From a virus (taxonomy: Duplodnaviria; Caudoviricetes), in IMG/VR virus record IMGVR_UViG_3300044728_000198, positions 1-51,918 of that record: a DNA stretch of 51,918 nt. One strand, given 5' to 3'. Both the position numbers and the translations under genes were made by a program. The notes under the pieces were generated by a model that worked only from the letters and a program-made list of their open reading frames with translations, did no database searches and was not told the origin of the DNA. The stretch's first letter is position 1, and each line of letters opens with the position of its first letter. This document shows positions 47,671 to 51,918 of this stretch, one piece after another.

Positions 47671-48147
47671 TTAGGCGTCGGACATCATTTTATGTATGCC
47701 ATACCATGCGAGCAGCGCCGCCTCGGCCCGGTCGTGGTCCTTGACGCGCTGAAAGAAACTGGCGTCGCGCGGGAACAGCGCCATGACACGGGCCCGCGCG
47801 GCGGTTTTGTCGGCCCCCAGGCCCACGGCCCGCTTCCATGCGCCGGGGGCGACCAGATGCGTGGGTATCTGGAGCGCGCCCAGCACGCCTCGTATCATGC
47901 CGTAGCCCTGACCAAACGTGAACACGCTGGACACGCCCTGTTTGGGCAGGGCGTTGACACGCTCCACGAAAACGACCTCGGGGTCCAGATCGACGATGAG
48001 TTTGGCCAGAAGGCTGGGCACGATCTCCCGGCGCGTGCCCGTGCCCGACAGGGCGACGGGCATATCCCGGATGAGCAGGATATCCAGGCTGGTCTCGATG
48101 AGGGCGAGCGCCCCCGTGAGGCCGGGGTCCACGCCCAGCACCCTCAC
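47671..48147 (-). CDS. RuvC-like Holliday junction resolvase
   Basis: LGVDPGLTGA, FVERV, FTFGQGYG, PGAWK and DRAEAALLA. Confidence 0.88.
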   Translation of the reverse strand: MRVLGVDPGLTGALALIETSLDILLIRDMPVALSGTGTRREIVPSLLAKLIVDLDPEVVFVERVNALPKQGVSSVFTFGQGYGMIRGVLGALQIPTHLVAPGAWKRAVGLGADKTAARARVMALFPRDASFFQRVKDHDRAEAALLAWYGIHKMMSDA

Positions 48148-48428
48148 GCCCAGGGTTCCAGGTTGACCTTGAGATCATCGGGCCACGGGATGGTTTTAGG
48201 CCCCAACGGGTCATCATCGGTCAGCAGGTGGCCGAGATCATAACCCTCCCGGGTCATGGCGTGGAGCGTGGCGGCGAGCCACGCCGCCGAGATCGCCCGG
48301 CGGGATTTCCACATCTGGACGGTGGCGTAGTGCAAGGGCCGTCCCGGGTTGTGGCGCTTGAGCAGCTTCCACAACGCGCCGGGACCACCAACGGTATCAA
48401 AGATATAAGGCACATCGACGATTATCAT
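48144..48428 (-). CDS. Putative Cro-like HTH protein
   Basis: GGPGALWKLL...YATVQMWKSRRAIS pattern. First gene of the leftward operon. Confidence 0.55.
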   Translation of the reverse strand: MIIVDVPYIFDTVGGPGALWKLLKRHNPGRPLHYATVQMWKSRRAISAAWLAATLHAMTREGYDLGHLLTDDDPLGPKTIPWPDDLKVNLEPWA

Positions 48429-48457
48429 GGGCGTTATGTTAGCAACGTCATGTGGGT

Positions 48458-48487
48458 TTGACAACCACAACAACATGTTGTTATGGT
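48458..48487 (+). promoter_or_regulatory. sigma70-like promoter with palindromic operator
   Basis: TTGACA (48458-48463), TG-n-TATGGT (-10 at 48482-48487), and a perfect palindrome AACAACATGTTGTT (48469-48482) in the spacer. Confidence 0.65.
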
Positions 48488-48519
48488 CTGGGGGTCACTT
48501 AACCCTTGGAGTATTCACC

Positions 48520-48975
48520 ATGGCTGCGCCGCTTGACTGGCTACGCGAGAAACTCGATTTCTGCGAAGAAGAAATCAGCAACCTGGAAGTCGCCGCGGAT
48601 GTGATCCGTGGCCTGATTAAACAGGCACTGGAGGAACTGAAAGAACTGGAAGAGTTCGACGCCGACCTCATGAAGATACCGGCCCGCGAGGGCGAGACGC
48701 CGCCCGCCCAACCCCGGAAGTCCCACAAGCGTGGGCCCAACAAATATACCAAGGCGCACCCGTGCCCTGGGCCCCGGGTGGCCTACAAGGCGGACAGCGA
48801 CACGTGTCTGCGCATCCTGAGTGAACTGGAAACCTTCGACCAGGACGGTGCCACGGCCAAGGTGCTGGCGGAACGGCTGAGTATGGCCCGGGGCACGGTA
48901 TCGTCCTGCCTGACGGCGCTAAAGTCCCAGGAGTGCGTCATCCACGCGTCGCCGGTTTGGTTCGCCAAACCCTGA
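48520..48975 (+). CDS. Coiled-coil plus C-terminal winged-HTH protein
   Basis: GGAG RBS before ATG 48520. Contains ATAKVLAERLSMARGTVSSCLTALK. Confidence 0.75.
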   Translation: MAAPLDWLREKLDFCEEEISNLEVAADVIRGLIKQALEELKELEEFDADLMKIPAREGETPPAQPRKSHKRGPNKYTKAHPCPGPRVAYKADSDTCLRILSELETFDQDGATAKVLAERLSMARGTVSSCLTALKSQECVIHASPVWFAKP

Positions 48976-48980
48976 CCGAC

Positions 48981-49017
48981 AAAAAAAGCCCGGTTCCTGG
49001 GGGAGGAACCGGGCTTT
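48981..49017 (-). terminator. Intrinsic terminator, strongest on minus strand (possibly bidirectional)
   Basis: AAAGCCCGGTTCCT-ggggg-AGGAACCGGGCTTT, with A7 on the left side (U7 on the minus-strand RNA). Confidence 0.8.
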
Positions 49018-49206
49018 GATTTGAAGCACACCCCTGCGCTTCACCCTCGCGTGGACCCAACGACCACGTTTGGCAGCCCTCTACATAGAGCCTCATGTCA
49101 GCCCATGCAATACCATATTTGGGACAACGATTTGACGGTTGACAGGGTATGCGCCGAGGCCGAGGCTCGGTCCCCCTCCGTAAAACCCAACCAAGGAAAC
49201 ATCCAG

Positions 49207-51600
49207 GTGGCAACACAAACAAACGCTCCCGGCGCGGTCAACACGCGCTTTCTGGAAGAGATATTCGGCTTCTCGTGGGAGGATGCTTCCGTGGGCAGCT
49301 TCCGGGTCTACGAACAGGCCAACTGGACGACCTACAAAGCCCTGGACGCGGTTGGGCTTTATCCTCCCGAGAACAACAACTATTACGCCGTGAGTTTGTT
49401 CGACCCGCCCGACCTGCGGCGCAAGAAGAACTTCAAGACGCTCTGCGCCCTGGTGGTGGACGACGTGGGCCAGAAGGTGGACCCGGCCAAGGTGCTGGCC
49501 ATGCTGGGGGAGCCCATGTATCGGCTCGAGACCTCGCCGGGCAGCGAACACTGGGGCTATCGTTTGGTGCCCTGGGTGGACGACCTCGACCGCGCCTCGA
49601 GACTGATAAAGGCGTTCATCGAAGTGGTCTGCGGGGGCAAGGACCCGGGGATGCAAGGCGTCACGCGGTTCGTGCGTCTCATGGAGGGCACCAACACCAA
49701 GCCCAACGATGACGGCACGCCCAAGGCGTATAAGTCGCGCCTGTTGGAGATGGACACCAACAAGGGCGTCTTAAATCCCGAGGACGTGGCCAGGAAGCTG
49801 GGCGTGACCTGGACCAGGGCGGCGGGCACGGTGCCCACCGTGCTCTCGGACTTCGACTCGCTGGGCACTGAAGTAAGTTCACTCCGGCCCGTGAAAACCG
49901 AGGACCCGACGGCCCGGGCGCTCTGGAAACTAAAACTGATCCGATCCGGTGGCCGCGAAGCCGCCGGGGGATATGGGTGGGATATCCTATGCCCGTGGAG
50001 CGACGACCACACGCCCAGCGCGGCGCGTGACACCGGCACGTTCTATTTCCGTGGCGGCGGCTTCAAGTGCTGGCACGGGCACTGTGAAAAGAAGGGCCCC
50101 GCCGATGTCAGGGCCCGCCTGGACGAACTGCTGCGCGAGCAAAGCGGCGGAAAGATAACGCTCGACGACTTCGAGCCGCCCACGGGCAAGCTGACCGTGG
50201 TGGACCCGGCCAGCGTGCCTCTGGTCACGCTGGCTCCCGAACCCGCCGCGCTGAGAGCGTTCTTCGGACGGATCGTCTACCACGCGGGCGAGGACCGGTT
50301 CATCAACCTCACCAACGGCACCGCCATGGTGGACCGTGCCCTGGACACGGTCTGGGGCACCGCCCTGGAAGATTATCTGCCCAGGAACCAGCGGGGCAAC
50401 CCCATCACGCCGAGCGTATGGTATCGCGGGCACACCCAAAGACAGGTGGTGGATAAGCGCACATGGTGGCCCGGTAAACCCCAGTTGTTCGTCCATGACG
50501 GCGTGCGTTACCTCAATACGTGGCGGGAGATACCGAGGCCCTTGGCGGGGGTGCCCGACGCCGAACTGGATGCCTATGTGAAGGCGAGCGACTGGCTGAC
50601 CCTGGTGTCGATCTTGTTTGGAGCGAGCGCCGCGAACCGCGAACACTACCTCGATTATCTCGCCATGGTATGCGCCGCCGTAGACCTCAAACCAGGGCAC
50701 AACCCGCTGTTCACGGGGCAGCAGGGCATCGGCAAGGAGATCACGCTGGAACCCGTCATCAGGGTGCTGGGGTCTGACCGATACCGTCAACTGGACCAGG
50801 AAGCCCTCAACGGCCAGTTCACCGACTGGGTGAAACACCGGCTGGTGGTGCTGCCCGAAGTGCGCCGCACGACACGCGGCTCGGCCACGGACCACGATCA
50901 GTATCAGCGCCTCAAGGCCCTGTGCGACCCAGGCAAGCGCGTCATATCGTTAAACGAGAAATACCGTAACCCGATCTCCGTGGTGAACGCGTTCGTTCTC
51001 ATGATGACCTCCAACGAGGATCGCCCCATGAGCCTTCCCGCCGACGACCGGCGGCTATGGGTGGTCAACATGTCGCCGACCGGATGGCCCGTGTCGCGCT
51101 ACCAGCAACTCGCCCTGTGGTATGACCTGCCCAGCCCGTGGGGCGAGACCAACAGTCACGCGATCTTCGAGTGGCTGGTGCGGCGGTGGGCGGGTGTTGA
51201 TCCTTTTAAGATGACCGGGGGTGCGCCCATGACTTCGGATAAGCAAGACCTGATCGCCATCAGCCGCTCCGACCTCGAAACATGGATCGAAGAAAACCTG
51301 TTTCCAGCAACGAGCCCGTTGGTTCTATCTGACGTGTTCTCGTCGCTGGATGTCCTGAACAAAGTCGAGACCGCTGTCCGTGTGGGCGGGTATGGCCTGA
51401 TCCGAAGTGTCCCCATCCCGGGGCTCATCGGTATGGGACGCCTTTTGGCCAAACTGGGTTGTCCCAAACTGAACAAGGGACAAGGCGTGCCCTCCGTGTC
51501 TGGCGTGGAACGGAAACTGTGGGCCAAGCCTGGAAACGTCAGCTTTTCCGCCATGAACGAGGCGGAACTGGTGGCGTGGCTACAGAGTAGCAACAAGTAG
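49207..51600 (+). CDS. RepB-type primase fused to Zn module and SF3 (DUF5906-like) helicase
   Basis: LVVDDVG, LETSPGSEHWGY, RFVRL..GTNTK, CPW..DH...FKCWHGHC, GQQGIGKE and TSN..DDRR. AAGGA precedes GTG 49207. Confidence 0.88.
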   Translation: MATQTNAPGAVNTRFLEEIFGFSWEDASVGSFRVYEQANWTTYKALDAVGLYPPENNNYYAVSLFDPPDLRRKKNFKTLCALVVDDVGQKVDPAKVLAMLGEPMYRLETSPGSEHWGYRLVPWVDDLDRASRLIKAFIEVVCGGKDPGMQGVTRFVRLMEGTNTKPNDDGTPKAYKSRLLEMDTNKGVLNPEDVARKLGVTWTRAAGTVPTVLSDFDSLGTEVSSLRPVKTEDPTARALWKLKLIRSGGREAAGGYGWDILCPWSDDHTPSAARDTGTFYFRGGGFKCWHGHCEKKGPADVRARLDELLREQSGGKITLDDFEPPTGKLTVVDPASVPLVTLAPEPAALRAFFGRIVYHAGEDRFINLTNGTAMVDRALDTVWGTALEDYLPRNQRGNPITPSVWYRGHTQRQVVDKRTWWPGKPQLFVHDGVRYLNTWREIPRPLAGVPDAELDAYVKASDWLTLVSILFGASAANREHYLDYLAMVCAAVDLKPGHNPLFTGQQGIGKEITLEPVIRVLGSDRYRQLDQEALNGQFTDWVKHRLVVLPEVRRTTRGSATDHDQYQRLKALCDPGKRVISLNEKYRNPISVVNAFVLMMTSNEDRPMSLPADDRRLWVVNMSPTGWPVSRYQQLALWYDLPSPWGETNSHAIFEWLVRRWAGVDPFKMTGGAPMTSDKQDLIAISRSDLETWIEENLFPATSPLVLSDVFSSLDVLNKVETAVRVGGYGLIRSVPIPGLIGMGRLLAKLGCPKLNKGQGVPSVSGVERKLWAKPGNVSFSAMNEAELVAWLQSSNK

Positions 51601-51608
51601 TGGGCTGG

Positions 51609-51636
51609 CGGCGGAACGGACGCATCCGTTCCGCCG
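51609..51636. other. Perfect 12-bp hairpin after primase
   Basis: CGGCGGAACGGA-cgca-TCCGTTCCGCCG. Confidence 0.85.
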
Positions 51637-51659
51637 TTACCCAAACTCCCAGCCCCAGT

Positions 51660-51816
51660 CTATACATAACGGATAACTCTTAAATTATATATATTAGATA
51701 TATATATATATATATATAAGAGGGACATACGTGGTTACACGTATAGGTAGAGGGACAATACAACCCCAATATATACTATAAGAGTTGGGAGTGCTTTCTG
51801 GTCTATTTTCCGTTAT
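51660..51816. other. AT-rich putative replication origin
   Basis: Alternating TA tract at 51698-51718 and nested inverted repeats, directly downstream of the primase-helicase. Confidence 0.6.
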
Positions 51817-51818
51817 CG

Positions 51819-51861
51819 GGTTCACGCGGTTGGGCTTTGGCGGTTCACGCGGTTGGGCTTT
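51819..51861 (+). repeat. 20-bp direct repeat x2 (period 23)
   Basis: GGTTCACGCGGTTGGGCTTT at 51819-51838 and 51842-51861. Confidence 0.9.
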
Positions 51862-51918
51862 CGGAGCCCGAGGCCCGCCCGCGCCGCCCCGGCGGCGCGG
51901 CGGGCGCCCGGGCGGCCC

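Larger units (their letters stand above)
1..51918. mobile_element. Tailed bacteriophage (podovirus-like) genome, near-complete or large fragment
   Basis: Terminase, portal, scaffold, capsid, tail tubular proteins, fibres, PolA, helicase and primase are present. No host housekeeping genes or integrase were seen. Confidence 0.95.

Noticed and set aside
49021-49206. Track's N-terminal extension of the primase
   Set aside because: This stretch holds promoter- and operator-like elements and atypical codons. GTG 49207 has a proper RBS.

Overview
This window is a GC-rich, tailed dsDNA bacteriophage sequence with podovirus-type morphogenesis genes. It may be a near-complete genome, because it starts and ends in non-coding DNA between two converging transcription units. 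Left arm (minus strand): a MoxR/CobS-like AAA+ ATPase, a HExxH/vWA partner and a small ORF. Next (plus strand): a Zn-finger protein, a putative terminase small subunit and a palindrome-rich gap (~5.2-5.5 kb). A long rightward virion operon follows: tail adaptor, two modular fibres with S74 chaperone domains, Ig-like proteins, terminase large subunit, portal, scaffold, major capsid, tail tubular A/B, a GNAT-like protein, ejection proteins, a lytic transglycosylase and a 2438-aa LPD1-containing protein. One antisense Gp49/Gp66-family gene interrupts it and is a candidate anti-CBASS nucleotide sponge. A leftward replication block encodes a family A polymerase, DUF2815 SSB, DUF2800 nuclease, SNF2 helicase, RuvC-like resolvase and a Cro-like protein. 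The right end carries a divergent HTH gene, a candidate antisense small RNA, a RepB-type primase-SF3 helicase and an AT-rich, symmetric origin-like region. I saw no integrase, tRNA, CRISPR array, reverse transcriptase or canonical endolysin/spanin cassette. All family assignments come from motif recognition by eye, not database searches.
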